Shown here piece by piece: positions 1 through 9,879 of a DNA stretch of 64,000 bases. Origin of the DNA: an uncultured Nitrospiraceae bacterium (GTDB lineage: Bacteria > Nitrospirota > Nitrospiria > Nitrospirales > Nitrospiraceae); contig CAVPLT010000001.1 in the NCBI GenBank assembly GCA_963706325.1, positions 416,001 through 480,000 of the forward strand, in the 5' to 3' direction. Every line of letters starts with the position of its first letter. Position 1 is the stretch's first letter. A program made the position numbers and the translations under genes. Under the pieces are notes generated by a model that did no database searches, was not told the DNA's origin, and saw only the letters and a program-made list of their open reading frames with translations.

Positions 1-288
1 CTCCTACGCAGTGATACCCGATACTCAGCAAAAGCTGCGCCAGTGGCTACGCAGTTGATAAGGTGTCATTTTAAAAACCTAAAACGATCCTCTTCCCCCC
101 ATGACCATCCATGCTGTATCTGATGAGATACCGATTCGTATCTAATCATGTACGCGCATTTCTCGCCCTGACTGTTTGCTAGAAAGGCCCGGTGATCGCG
201 CCTCTCCCCAGTGCTCACCACAATTGACCGTTTCGAATTTCCCATGGTAGGTTGGCGCCCCCACTCACTGGCTTGATGAAAGAGGTCC

Positions 289-1572
289 ATGAATACACAA
301 CGATCGGAACAACTTTTCGCAGAGGCGCAACAGATCATTCCCGGTGGGGTGAATAGCCCGGTTCGAGCCTTTCGCTCGGTGGGGGGAAAACCTCGCTTCA
401 TCGCCCGCGCCAAGGGCTCACATCTCTATGACGTGGACGGCAACAGCTACATCGACTACGTGCTCTCATGGGGACCGATGATTCTTGGCCATGCGCCCGC
501 GACGGTGACTAAGGCCATTCAACAGGCTGCCGAGAACGGGACCAGTTATGGCGCGCCGACCGAGTTGGAAATTCAGCTGGCCACAATGATTCGCGAGGCC
601 CTGCCCTCCATGGAACAGGTGCGGCTGGTCAGTTCAGGCACGGAAGCCGTCATGAGCGCCGTCCGTGTGGCCCGTGCCTATACGAAACGCGACGGCATTC
701 TCAAGTTTGAAGGCTGTTACCACGGTCACAGCGACTACCTGCTGGCTAAAGCCGGGTCCGGCCTTGCCACCCTAGGGATTCCCGACTGCCCCGGTGTACC
801 CGAAGATTTCACAAAGCACACGTTAACAGCGCCCTATAATAATGTTCAGGTGCTTGAGCAACTCATCCGGAAACATGACCGGCAGCTGGCCTGTGTCATC
901 GTCGAGCCGATCGCCGGAAATATGGGGGTCGTCCCCCCTACCCCGGAATTTCTGATGGCCCTGCGCAAACTGACCGATGCCCACGGCATGGTGCTGATTT
1001 TCGATGAAGTCATTTCGGGATTCCGCGTGCAATACGGCGGGGCGCAAACGCTTTATGGCATCACGCCCGACCTCACGATTCTGGGGAAAATTATCGGCGG
1101 AGGCCTTCCCGTGGGGGCCTACGGGGGCGCGAAGGAGATCATGAAGATGATCGCTCCATCCGGACCGGTCTATCAAGCGGGCACATTGTCAGGCAATCCC
1201 CTGGCCGTCACGGCAGGCATTGAAACGTTGAAACGCTTGAAGAAACCTGGTGTCTACGAGCAGCTGGAACAGCGGTCGGCCATGCTGGCCGAGGGGCTCG
1301 GCAAGGCCGCGAAGAAAGCCGGAGTACCGCTCGCGCAAACTCGCGTCGGCTCGATGATGGGTGCCTTCTTTGCGCCGGGACCGGTCGTGGATTGGGGATC
1401 AGCCAAGAAATCAGATACGAAGGTCTATGCGAAGTTCTTTCACCAGATGCTGGATGCGGGCTTTTATTTTGCCCCGTCACAGTTTGAGGCCACGTTCATG
1501 TCTCTTGCCCATACGCCGCGCGACATCGAACGCACCATCAAGGCTGCCGAGGCCGCGCTCAAAAAATTGTAG
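289..1572 (+). CDS. hemL: Glutamate-1-semialdehyde 2,1-aminomutase
   Basis: IPGGVNSPVRAF, GCYHGH, FDEVISGFR, GKIIGGGLPVGAYGG and YQAGTLSGNP motifs; AAGAGG RBS. Confidence 0.97.
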   Translation: MNTQRSEQLFAEAQQIIPGGVNSPVRAFRSVGGKPRFIARAKGSHLYDVDGNSYIDYVLSWGPMILGHAPATVTKAIQQAAENGTSYGAPTELEIQLATMIREALPSMEQVRLVSSGTEAVMSAVRVARAYTKRDGILKFEGCYHGHSDYLLAKAGSGLATLGIPDCPGVPEDFTKHTLTAPYNNVQVLEQLIRKHDRQLACVIVEPIAGNMGVVPPTPEFLMALRKLTDAHGMVLIFDEVISGFRVQYGGAQTLYGITPDLTILGKIIGGGLPVGAYGGAKEIMKMIAPSGPVYQAGTLSGNPLAVTAGIETLKRLKKPGVYEQLEQRSAMLAEGLGKAAKKAGVPLAQTRVGSMMGAFFAPGPVVDWGSAKKSDTKVYAKFFHQMLDAGFYFAPSQFEATFMSLAHTPRDIERTIKAAEAALKKL

Positions 1573-1662
1573 GGCGTCTCTCGGGAAGCGTCGTTCGTGA
1601 GGGTTTGCCGTATCTAAACCGATACTGAACCGCTTGTATTTGGATACAGGCCGGAGCGCTGG

Positions 1663-1736
1663 AGGATGCTCAAAACGGTTCCCCAGCAAGGCCACAGCGA
1701 TGCGAGACCGATGCTGGGGACCGTTTTCAGCAACCT
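1663..1736. repeat. Short palindromic REP/MITE-like element
   Basis: Arms AGGATGCTCAAAACGGTTCCCCAGC (1663-1687) and GCTGGGGACCGTTTTCAGCAACCT (1713-1736) are near-perfect inverted repeats; internal CCAGCAAGGCCACAG resembles the element at 20323. Confidence 0.75.
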
Positions 1737-1739
1737 GCT

Positions 1740-1973
1740 CTATTCGTCATCGTCCTCGTCCTCCGCATCCAACACTTCCTGCCGCTTCTGTTCTTCCATC
1801 GCGTTGTGCAGGAGCATACGGACAAACATTGAATAGAGCGAGCCTTTCTCCAAGGTCCCGCCAGGAGGGATCGCGATCTTGCCTTCCTTAATCATGCGAT
1901 CCATCCAGGCCTTCTGATCCGGGGCGATCAAGATCGGAACCTCGACCAACCCCACTTTTCCAAACATATCCAT
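1740..1973 (-). CDS. Small hypothetical protein with acidic tail (77 aa)
   Basis: ATG at 1973 with GGAGGT RBS; 3' part of ORF 1740..2312. Confidence 0.7.
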   Translation of the reverse strand: MDMFGKVGLVEVPILIAPDQKAWMDRMIKEGKIAIPPGGTLEKGSLYSMFVRMLLHNAMEEQKRQEVLDAEDEDDDE

Positions 1974-2138
1974 GAGCTGAACCTCCGTGAATCGTCGTTC
2001 GTCGCCCGTATCTCGTGGGGAACGGCCGGCAGGAGAATCTTCCGGACAGCTACCCTTCCCGAGATACGCGACGCATTTGGCATTTGAGCACGCGGTTTTT
2101 CGGCTTGTCAACCGCGGGACCACTTGCGTCGTGTTTGT

Positions 2139-2154
2139 TGGCATGGAGCGTGCT
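2139..2154 (+). promoter_or_regulatory. Putative sigma-54 (-24/-12) promoter
   Basis: TGGCATGGAGCGTGCT = GG-N10-GC, about 35 nt upstream of ATG 2191. Confidence 0.55.
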
Positions 2155-2190
2155 TCATTCCCGCAGCAGAAACACGGAGGACCAGATCCT

Positions 2191-2820
2191 ATGCTGCCGA
2201 TGGCCATATATCGCTCCCGCCTCCTGCGCCGGTTAACCCTGCTCCTCCTGGTCGCCTCTCCTGCCGGCCAAGCCATCAGCGCAGTGGAAGAGAGCCGTTC
2301 CACGCTACACACCTATACTCCTACAGTCCCGAGCGATCCGGGTCCATTCAACTGCAACGATTGTTGGGGATTGAAGCCCGACGAACGGCAGCCGCTGCCC
2401 CAACATCAGGCCCCACGTTATCGGCGCGGACAGCATGAGCGAGGCCCGCGACCACACAAGAATCCATTCGCTAAAAAATCGCATTCAGGTGGCAATCACT
2501 TCCGCCTGCTCCCCCACTACCAACTGGAGCAGGAGCAGCCGGGACACAGCGTCGAACGGCAATTGGTTCGCGCAATCGATGGAGACACGCTTCGCTACGG
2601 TCCCGACCGCATTCGCATCCGTGGCTACAACGCCCCGGAACGATCGGAACCGGGCGGCCTCGAAGCAACCCTCAGGCTCCAAGAGCTTTTGCACGAGGGC
2701 GAGATCAGCATCATTCCGCACGGTCACGATGTCTATGGGCGGACGCTCGCCGATGTCTTCGTAGATGGGCAGAATGTGGCGGGGGTCATGACGGGGGAAG
2801 GGTTTGGACGGCGAGGGTAA
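2191..2820 (+). CDS. Exported thermonuclease (SNase-like) family protein
   Basis: IDGDTL, RIRIRGYNAPE and DVYGRTLADV motifs; N-terminal signal peptide; GGAGG RBS. Confidence 0.85.
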   Translation: MLPMAIYRSRLLRRLTLLLLVASPAGQAISAVEESRSTLHTYTPTVPSDPGPFNCNDCWGLKPDERQPLPQHQAPRYRRGQHERGPRPHKNPFAKKSHSGGNHFRLLPHYQLEQEQPGHSVERQLVRAIDGDTLRYGPDRIRIRGYNAPERSEPGGLEATLRLQELLHEGEISIIPHGHDVYGRTLADVFVDGQNVAGVMTGEGFGRRG

Positions 2821-3007
2821 TTTAAGCCGAACAAGCTCCTCGGTATTCTCCACGAACGGTAAGCGCAATCTTCGACTCTTGGCCGGCCACTATAAAATCC
2901 GCACCTTCGCGGATCGGTTGAGACTTGATTACGGCAGCTGCCAGCGCGATAGTGGTGGTCGCCTAGAAGAAACAGTCCGTTCCTTGCAGTCATAGAGACG
3001 TCATGCC

Positions 3008-3475
3008 ATGTCTCGTCCAATTCGCCAGCTGTTGTTCATCGCCGGCGCCTGTGCATTCGGTTTTACAGCACATACAATGGCAGCCGCCTCAGCTGAAAAT
3101 TCGCTAGAGATCGTCGTCGGCAACGGGCCCCATGCTGGAACGTACAAGCCACCCGCGGACACCGTGATCTGCCTACACGTCAAGAAGCAAAAACGCTCTT
3201 CGGCAGCCTGGAAGGACTTCAACGTGCACGACGCGAAGGCTATCGCCGAGGCGGGGATTAATGTGTCGAATCTCGATGACGCGGGAGCGAAGCAGGGCGA
3301 AGTGCGCATCGCGTTCGGAGATCCGGACAAGAAGCCAATCATCTACAGCGTCGATCAGTCGCCCCTCACCCTGACGAGGACGGCCAAAGGCGCCGAGATC
3401 ACGTTCCAAGGGAAAACAAAGGAAGGCATCCAGCTTCGGGTGATTGCGAAATGCATGGACGTGGAGGAAATGTAA
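3008..3475 (+). CDS. Exported hypothetical protein
   Basis: Signal peptide and coding-like codon usage. Confidence 0.75.
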   Translation: MSRPIRQLLFIAGACAFGFTAHTMAAASAENSLEIVVGNGPHAGTYKPPADTVICLHVKKQKRSSAAWKDFNVHDAKAIAEAGINVSNLDDAGAKQGEVRIAFGDPDKKPIIYSVDQSPLTLTRTAKGAEITFQGKTKEGIQLRVIAKCMDVEEM

Positions 3476-3710
3476 GCGACCATTGGCCACACCTTCAGAC
3501 ATTCCTTTGCCACCCGATTTCCACGACATCCAGACGATTCATGAGCCACTCGGACAAAGACTTCTGGGTTGCTGCGGTTGAAAGACTGCCTTCGGCATCG
3601 CTCAAAAAGCTCCTCCATGCCCGGCCCCGCGGCCGAGATGACCGAGCTCTCAGAGCGGTCCTTCACCGCAGAACTCTACCGTCGGACAGCAGCCGCAAGA
3701 GAGGGGGAAC

Positions 3711-4532
3711 ATGATGAAGAGTCACATGATTACCGGTGGGGGAGGTATTCGGCTTCACCTCATTGAAACAGGCAATTCACGAGGACGGCCAATCGTATTT
3801 ATCCATGGCTTTTCGCAGTGTTCTCTAACATGGACTCGACAGATGAACTCCGGCTTGGCCGATACCTTTCGACTGATAGCGTTGGATCTCCGAGGGCACG
3901 GGCTCTCAGATAAACCTCGCGAGGGCTACAGTGACTCGAGACTGTGGGCCGACGACATCCATGCCACAATTCACGCGCTCAATCTGGATCAGCCGATTCT
4001 CTGCGGTTGGTCCTATGGACCGCTCGTCATTCTCGACTATATCCGGCACTACGGTGAGGACGGCATCCGCGCTGTCAACTTTATCGGTGGCGTCACTAAA
4101 CTGGGCAGCGACGAGGCCGCGTCGGTTTTGACTACTGAATTTCTCAACCTCCTCCCGCGATTCTCCTCGACGGATGCGCAGGAGAGCCTGTGCGCTCTCG
4201 ACTCGCTGGTGCACCTGTGCTTTGCTCGTGAGCTTGCAGTCGAAGAACGCTACCTGATGTTGGGATATAACGCTTCGGTTCCGCCCTATGTCCGTCAAGC
4301 GCTGTTCTCACGCTCGCTCGACAATGACGATCTTCTGCCGAACATTCGCAAACCTGTGTTGGTTACACATGGCGCCGATGATGCGGTTGTCAGGCCAGCG
4401 GTCATCGAGCAACAGATGGCCCGCATCGGCCATGCCCAAGTTCGAATGATGGCGAGTGCCGGACACGCCTGTTTCTGGGGCGAGGCGGCCATCTACAACC
4501 AGTGCCTGCAGAAGTTTGTCGATGCCCTATAG
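3711..4532 (+). CDS. Alpha/beta hydrolase (non-heme haloperoxidase-like)
   Basis: FIHGF, DLRGHGLS, GWSYG nucleophile elbow, HGADD and AGH motifs. Confidence 0.92.
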   Translation: MMKSHMITGGGGIRLHLIETGNSRGRPIVFIHGFSQCSLTWTRQMNSGLADTFRLIALDLRGHGLSDKPREGYSDSRLWADDIHATIHALNLDQPILCGWSYGPLVILDYIRHYGEDGIRAVNFIGGVTKLGSDEAASVLTTEFLNLLPRFSSTDAQESLCALDSLVHLCFARELAVEERYLMLGYNASVPPYVRQALFSRSLDNDDLLPNIRKPVLVTHGADDAVVRPAVIEQQMARIGHAQVRMMASAGHACFWGEAAIYNQCLQKFVDAL

Positions 4533-4777
4533 CGCCATGACATCCGGCGCCCACGGATTTAAGAGGTCAGACCCATTGTGCTTTCTGGCATCAGGAGTAA
4601 CATATCAAGAGCAACTTGGTCTCAATGAATGAACGGGGGCATTCTGGTTGTTAGCTTGGGGGCAACGCAGACCCCCCATTGCTTTCGATCCCTCTTGCAG
4701 CGCCGAACACCGAACGGCCTTCATACATTTCCCGGCAAGATCATCATCCAGGGATTGCCGACAGGAGGGACCGATCT

Positions 4778-5221
4778 ATGCGAACGACCTTGCTTCCTCT
4801 TTGCCTCGCGATGTATGCCGCGTTAATGCTGGCATCCTGCGTCACCTCTCCTTCGCCGGAGGAAATGCAGCAGCGCGCCGAAAAGAATCGATGGGAACTG
4901 GCTCATTGGGGCGATCGCCGGTTGCCGCACGGCGATCACGGTGAAGCCGTCGTCCTTTCATTCAAAGGCGGGAAAGTCTCGGGCCATGCAGGGTGTAATC
5001 AATACTCTGCCGAAATCACTTTCGGCCCCGACAGGGGAAGCTTGAAAGTATCTCGGGGAATCACAACGCGCATGGCCTGTGACGCCTCGCGCATGGAGTT
5101 TGAGTCAGCGTTCATCCAGGCGTTTGAAACGTCTACACGATATCGACTTGAGGGTGAGAGTTTGTTCTTCCAGGGCGCCAATGGTCCCACCTTGGAGTTT
5201 TATCGCCGTCCCCTGGATTGA
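4778..5221 (+). CDS. META domain lipoprotein (HslJ-like)
   Basis: Lipobox LASC; SGHAGCNQY and TTRMAC motifs; AGGAGG RBS. Confidence 0.88.
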   Translation: MRTTLLPLCLAMYAALMLASCVTSPSPEEMQQRAEKNRWELAHWGDRRLPHGDHGEAVVLSFKGGKVSGHAGCNQYSAEITFGPDRGSLKVSRGITTRMACDASRMEFESAFIQAFETSTRYRLEGESLFFQGANGPTLEFYRRPLD

Positions 5222-5401
5222 TAAGCAATTCTCGAACGTCTTATGTCATTACGGACCTCCACCTGATTCACGCTCACGTTTGGTCTATCTGACACGGTAT
5301 CGCTTGTGCTATTTGCTCTGGCCCCCCTGCATTTCTACAAGCTACTTCCGCGTAATCTCCCAGACTAGCCTTCTGATTGCTCCATCCCCTCCGCACCCCC
5401 C

Positions 5402-5416
5402 GGCATCGGTCTTGCT
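5402..5416 (+). promoter_or_regulatory. Putative sigma-54 promoter
   Basis: GGCATCGGTCTTGCT (GG-N10-GC with TTGCT); identical copy at 6379. Confidence 0.55.
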
Positions 5417-5926
5417 CAATACATGGGGCGAGAACTGGAATTCACATCTGGCCAGCATGGCCCTCAACACATGCATGACTCTCGGATTCCCCGTCGAGGT
5501 ACGGCTGGGTGACGGCCAGACCCTGCCGCATCCTAGCAGTCTCACCTCCGCCTTAACCCCGCCGATCTCCGGAAAGCAAAGTGAGGCGGAGTTACTCAAG
5601 CTGCATCGGTTCGGCCCGGGAGCGGAAGCCGCGAAGAGATTCTGGTCTTGGCTCAATAGTGCGGAGCGACAGACAAGAGAGAAATTCCTGACCATGGGCT
5701 TACTTTCTCAGTCGTCTATGGAGGGGCGATCGCAGGCAACCTGTGGTGGGTCTGGATGAAAGTCGGCTACTCCTTCCATCCAGCATGGATCGTCGCGCCG
5801 CTCGCGATGATCGTGACGGCCGATTGGACCGAACACCTCATTCAGCTGGCGCAGCTCCGTCACTACGTACCATCTCATGGGGGCCGCATGCACAACTTCT
5901 GGGTCCAGATGGGGGGCTGCGCGACG

Positions 5927-6037
5927 ATGATCAAGCTCTGGCTCACTTTGGGCCTCTATGTGAGCCTGGTCGGACTCGTCGTCAGAATATTTCTCACGCT
6001 CTCAGAGCGACGCCTAACAGCTGCCGCCGCGGAATGA
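5927..6037 (+). CDS. Putative 36-aa single-TM small protein
   Basis: MIKLWLTLGLYVSLVGLVVRIFLTLSERRLTAAAAE; G-run upstream; 3' part of ORF 5756..6037. Confidence 0.35.
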   Translation: MIKLWLTLGLYVSLVGLVVRIFLTLSERRLTAAAAE

Positions 6038-6378
6038 TCGGGCAACGACAATAGATCAAACCATTTCGATTCCTCCTGTGCCATGAGGCTAAGCCACCCA
6101 CAGAAAAAATGAGCCTTGTCGCCAGCCGGCGTCCCACTGATTCCGTCCGACAAGTACGTTGCCGGATAGAGTGTTAGTGGTCCGATGCCCAGCCCACATC
6201 AGCCAAGGTGGGATTCTCGCGAACTGACGCCCGAATACTCCGAAGTATCCGTTTCGATACGACGGGGTATCTCTTCTGATACGTGGACTGAATATTCTCC
6301 CTGTGCATGCATCCACGCCCTCCTCAGCCTCTTCCGTAGCACGCATCCATCACGCATTCCATCTCCTCTACGTAATCA

Positions 6379-6393
6379 GGCATCGGTCTTGCT
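6379..6393 (+). promoter_or_regulatory. Putative sigma-54 promoter
   Basis: GGCATCGGTCTTGCT, identical to 5402-5416. Confidence 0.55.
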
Positions 6394-6650
6394 GAAGCGT
6401 CTCAGGCAACGCGATTGGATTCGACGTACCCGCCACAGGTCTGAACCGAGGCCACAGTCGAACAACTTACGGCGCATCTGCTTCCAGATTCTTGATGACC
6501 GGACAGGTCTGCGCGGCCTCCCACGCGACGACGTTGCTGGAGCAGATGACGGTCAAGGACCATGATCCGCTGACCAAGATAGGCATGAAGGCGCTTTTGA
6601 AAGCGCTGAATGGCATGAGCCAATCCGGCATCGTCGGAATCTATTGAGGA

Positions 6651-7208
6651 ATGATGGCCATCGATCCGAATTTACTCGCCCAGGTGCTGGCCACGCCCGA
6701 CTCGCGCGATGTCACGGGATCGCCGATTGTCCGGACTGTGATCCTCAGCGATCCCGCCAACGCCGCGGATCTGGTGCCTGCGCTGGATGACGGTCAGACC
6801 CTGGCGGCCTCGAACGCCCGTAAAATTCTGTGGCTTTTCGAAAGCAATGCCGTCCCGCCGCTGCTGAGTGCCTTGCGGATCGCAGGGCCACGCGCCCGCC
6901 AGGAAGGCTTGGAAGTGTTGTGGGCATTACTCGTCGCGGAAGAGGCCTGGACGGTGCGGCAATCATTGGAGGCCGTGAAGCCGGATCTCCATATCCTGCT
7001 TGATGACACCAGTCCGTTGCGTGATGACATGCCAGCATACGTCGAGCGCGACTTTCACGGCCGCATCTGTGACCTCGCCTTCGGCATCGTGCAGCAACTG
7101 CTGGACAGGGAGTACGATCATTCACTCTTCCGGTCGCTCGATGGCACGAGTCGGAATGAGGAGATTAGGCGTTTGAAGATCAGAGGATTTGGCCTCCATA
7201 TCGCCTGA
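6651..7208 (+). CDS. Hypothetical protein, probably alpha-helical (HEAT-like)
   Basis: 185-aa ORF with GAGGA RBS and amphipathic helices. Confidence 0.7.
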   Translation: MMAIDPNLLAQVLATPDSRDVTGSPIVRTVILSDPANAADLVPALDDGQTLAASNARKILWLFESNAVPPLLSALRIAGPRARQEGLEVLWALLVAEEAWTVRQSLEAVKPDLHILLDDTSPLRDDMPAYVERDFHGRICDLAFGIVQQLLDREYDHSLFRSLDGTSRNEEIRRLKIRGFGLHIA

Positions 7209-7717
7209 TTGTCCACACCGCGATGGGCACGGCAGCAAGATGGACCCACACATTGCCTCGTAATTCGCTTCATCGATTGCAAAGGGGAGACACTGGTTCT
7301 GGAGACACTCGTCGTGTCGGGTTCCCCGACCCTCGAAGGAAGACGAACCATTGACCTTTCCGTGAAGACGGCCGATGGTCAGAGGCCACTCGCTCCAGTT
7401 CTGATACGGCAGGGCAACGCGAAACAGCGCGTCATGTTTGACGGCGACACTCCCTCACGCTTCACCCAGAAACGCTGTAATTAGATCGGTTGTACAGCGA
7501 AAAGAGCCAGGGCGGCAGCAGGCGGCCAGGTCCCTCCTCCCAGACACGGCGACGCATCGGTGCCGCTGAGTGATGACCACGCTGTCGCCAAGTTGATCAC
7601 GACGGCGGGAAAGATGCCTCCAAGTCAAGAGAAAGACCATTCATGAGGCCGCCGCATTTGCGGACAAGGCTCCTCTCCGAGTAATCTAACTCATCTCACT
7701 TCACTCGGGAGAGAACC

Positions 7718-8359
7718 ATTACGCCCCTGTATCTCATAGCTGGCCGGACCATCGCCTTGTTCCTCTTGCTCTCCGGCTGCGCCATCGAGCAAGAAATTTC
7801 CCGCACGCCGCGCACGGCCGTCGAGCAACTCTTGTTGACGGGAGCCGTCGATCAGGCCCTGACGAATTTGACGCTCACGCTTCCAGCCCAGGCCAGTCTG
7901 CATCTCGAAGTCAGCGGGTTTTATATCGATCGGGCGCGGCTGAACATGCGAGATCAAACCTCCGGATCCGTACAGGATCCCACCGTGGATTTCCTCTTTG
8001 TTCGGGATACTGTCGCCGTCGCACTCGGTCGGATGGGCTATCGCATCCGCAAACGCGAAGATCACCCCGCCTATCTCGTTCGCGTAGCTATTGAAGCACT
8101 CGGCACCATGCAAGGCCTGACTTTCGTCGGTATGCCGCCTATTCAGAGTGTAGTCATTCCCTTTGCCCTCCCTGAGCTGACGCTGTATAAACTCCAGGCT
8201 CAGAGCGGCTATGCCCGATTTCACCTCGATGTCTTCGACAATCTCACCGGCGACTACAAAGGCTCGTCCGCCACGATCATCGGACGCACGCATTACGATC
8301 AATACACGGCCATGTTTTACATCACCTGGGTGACCACGGACCTGACCGCGCCACCCTGA
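7718..8359 (+). CDS. Hypothetical lipoprotein (start uncertain: ATT 7718, CTG 7727 or TTG 7757)
   Basis: Lipobox LLSGC followed by RTAVEQLL; GGGAG upstream of 7718. Confidence 0.75.
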   Translation: MTPLYLIAGRTIALFLLLSGCAIEQEISRTPRTAVEQLLLTGAVDQALTNLTLTLPAQASLHLEVSGFYIDRARLNMRDQTSGSVQDPTVDFLFVRDTVAVALGRMGYRIRKREDHPAYLVRVAIEALGTMQGLTFVGMPPIQSVVIPFALPELTLYKLQAQSGYARFHLDVFDNLTGDYKGSSATIIGRTHYDQYTAMFYITWVTTDLTAPP

Positions 8360-8617
8360 ACGGACACGGCGAACCACCCCTCTCTCCTGCCCGCCCCTGA
8401 GGAGAGTCCCCTTCTCACATCGCGGACCAGCCACCCGTCTCGAACCGCCCCTGCAAAACTTTACACTTTTCTTGGCAAGTCAGACCTCTTCCTCGATACT
8501 CAGTGACATCACAGGTCGGTCACCGGTCGCAGCATCACATGTTATCTTCCGCGTCCCCCCTGTCACCTCGCGTCGCGATAGGGATCGAGGCGAAACCGTA
8601 ACGATCGGAGCCTGTTC

Positions 8618-9856
8618 ATGCCATACCGTCTGAGCGCGCCCTTGATCGGCTTGGCCCTCACGCTGGCGCTGTTGCTCGCTCTCGAAGGGTTATCACGAGC
8701 ACTGCTCACCGTAGAAGCCGACCTGGCATCGGCGCCGCCTGACTGGTACCAGTACACCCCGGACTTGGGATGGGAGCATCGTCCGCACTTCAAGGGGATG
8801 GTCGCCGGAGAACTACAACGGCATGACCCAACTCAATACCTGCGCGAATTCGACGCACAGGGCTTCTTCACCGTCGATACAGCCCAAATCCACGATACGA
8901 CCCATAAGCGCATCCTCGCGGTGGGCGACTCCAATACGTTCGGTTGGGGCGTTCCGACAGGAAGTGCCTTCCCCGAAGTCCTGGACAATCTGCGCCCGGA
9001 CGCCGATGTCATCAATCTGGGCGTGAGCGGGTACACCTCCTTTCAAGGTTATACAGCGTTGCTCAAACACTTCGACCAGGTCCGGCCGGATGTCGTGATC
9101 GCATCGTTCAGTTTCAACGATCGGCGAGTCGTGCCATCGGAGGCAGCGACCGACAGCCACGACAAATTTGAGCGGGAAGCGCTTTTACACCGGCTGGACT
9201 TCAGAGAGAAAATCTATCTGTACCGAGGGCTGCAACGCCTGCTGACTAAGCTGCGCCTCATAAAAAGCAGCGGCGACGGGAGCATGACCGTTGACGCGAG
9301 GACGGCCCCGACTCGCGTCTCGCCCGACCAATACCGGACAAATCTGGAGCGCATTGCGAGATTCTGTCAGGAGCGGCAGGTGCCACTGGTCTTTATCGCC
9401 CTCCAAGACAATCCGGCCCACTCTGAACATCTGCGGACCGGCATCACCCATCTGAACAACAGGCGCTATGAACAGGCCGAGACGGAACTGCGCGTTGCCA
9501 TGAATTTGGACAACTGGTTCTCGGACCTCGCCCGGAAATACCTGGCCGTCGTCCTAGAACATCGAGGGGCGACGGCGGAAGCGACATTAACCGCGAGCCT
9601 GACCCTGCCCTCTTGGAAACTGACCCACGGCGGCCGGCCGCTCCGCCTCGATAGTGAATACAATGACATCATGCGTGCGGTCGCCCGGGAGTATGGCGCC
9701 GTCGTCGTGGAGGCAGGACAGATCCTGGCCAAGGATGCCAGTCTCTATCTCGACCTCTGCCATCCGGATGAAAGGGGTCACCACATCGTGGCAACAATGG
9801 TGAACGATATTCTCGATGGCCTGCTGCACCCTCCTCAGGTTGCGGCTCATTCCTGA
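8618..9856 (+). CDS. Membrane-anchored SGNH/GDSL hydrolase
   Basis: GDSNTFG (block I), NLGVSGY, FND and DLCHP (block V); N-terminal TM helix. Confidence 0.88.
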   Translation: MPYRLSAPLIGLALTLALLLALEGLSRALLTVEADLASAPPDWYQYTPDLGWEHRPHFKGMVAGELQRHDPTQYLREFDAQGFFTVDTAQIHDTTHKRILAVGDSNTFGWGVPTGSAFPEVLDNLRPDADVINLGVSGYTSFQGYTALLKHFDQVRPDVVIASFSFNDRRVVPSEAATDSHDKFEREALLHRLDFREKIYLYRGLQRLLTKLRLIKSSGDGSMTVDARTAPTRVSPDQYRTNLERIARFCQERQVPLVFIALQDNPAHSEHLRTGITHLNNRRYEQAETELRVAMNLDNWFSDLARKYLAVVLEHRGATAEATLTASLTLPSWKLTHGGRPLRLDSEYNDIMRAVAREYGAVVVEAGQILAKDASLYLDLCHPDERGHHIVATMVNDILDGLLHPPQVAAHS

Positions 9857-9879
9857 TCCACCCGAAAGGACTCTCGACC

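Noticed and set aside
3541..3714. 57-aa ORF overlapping the hydrolase start (ATGA)
   Set aside because: No SD and no recognisable motif; cannot be supported without homologs
5079..5759. 226-aa ORF
   Set aside because: Overlaps the META gene and runs through promoter-like DNA; only the part from 5457 could be coding, and evidence is weak
7209..7484. 91-aa ORF after the 6651 gene
   Set aside because: TTG start without SD and no family match; may be a gene remnant but unsupported
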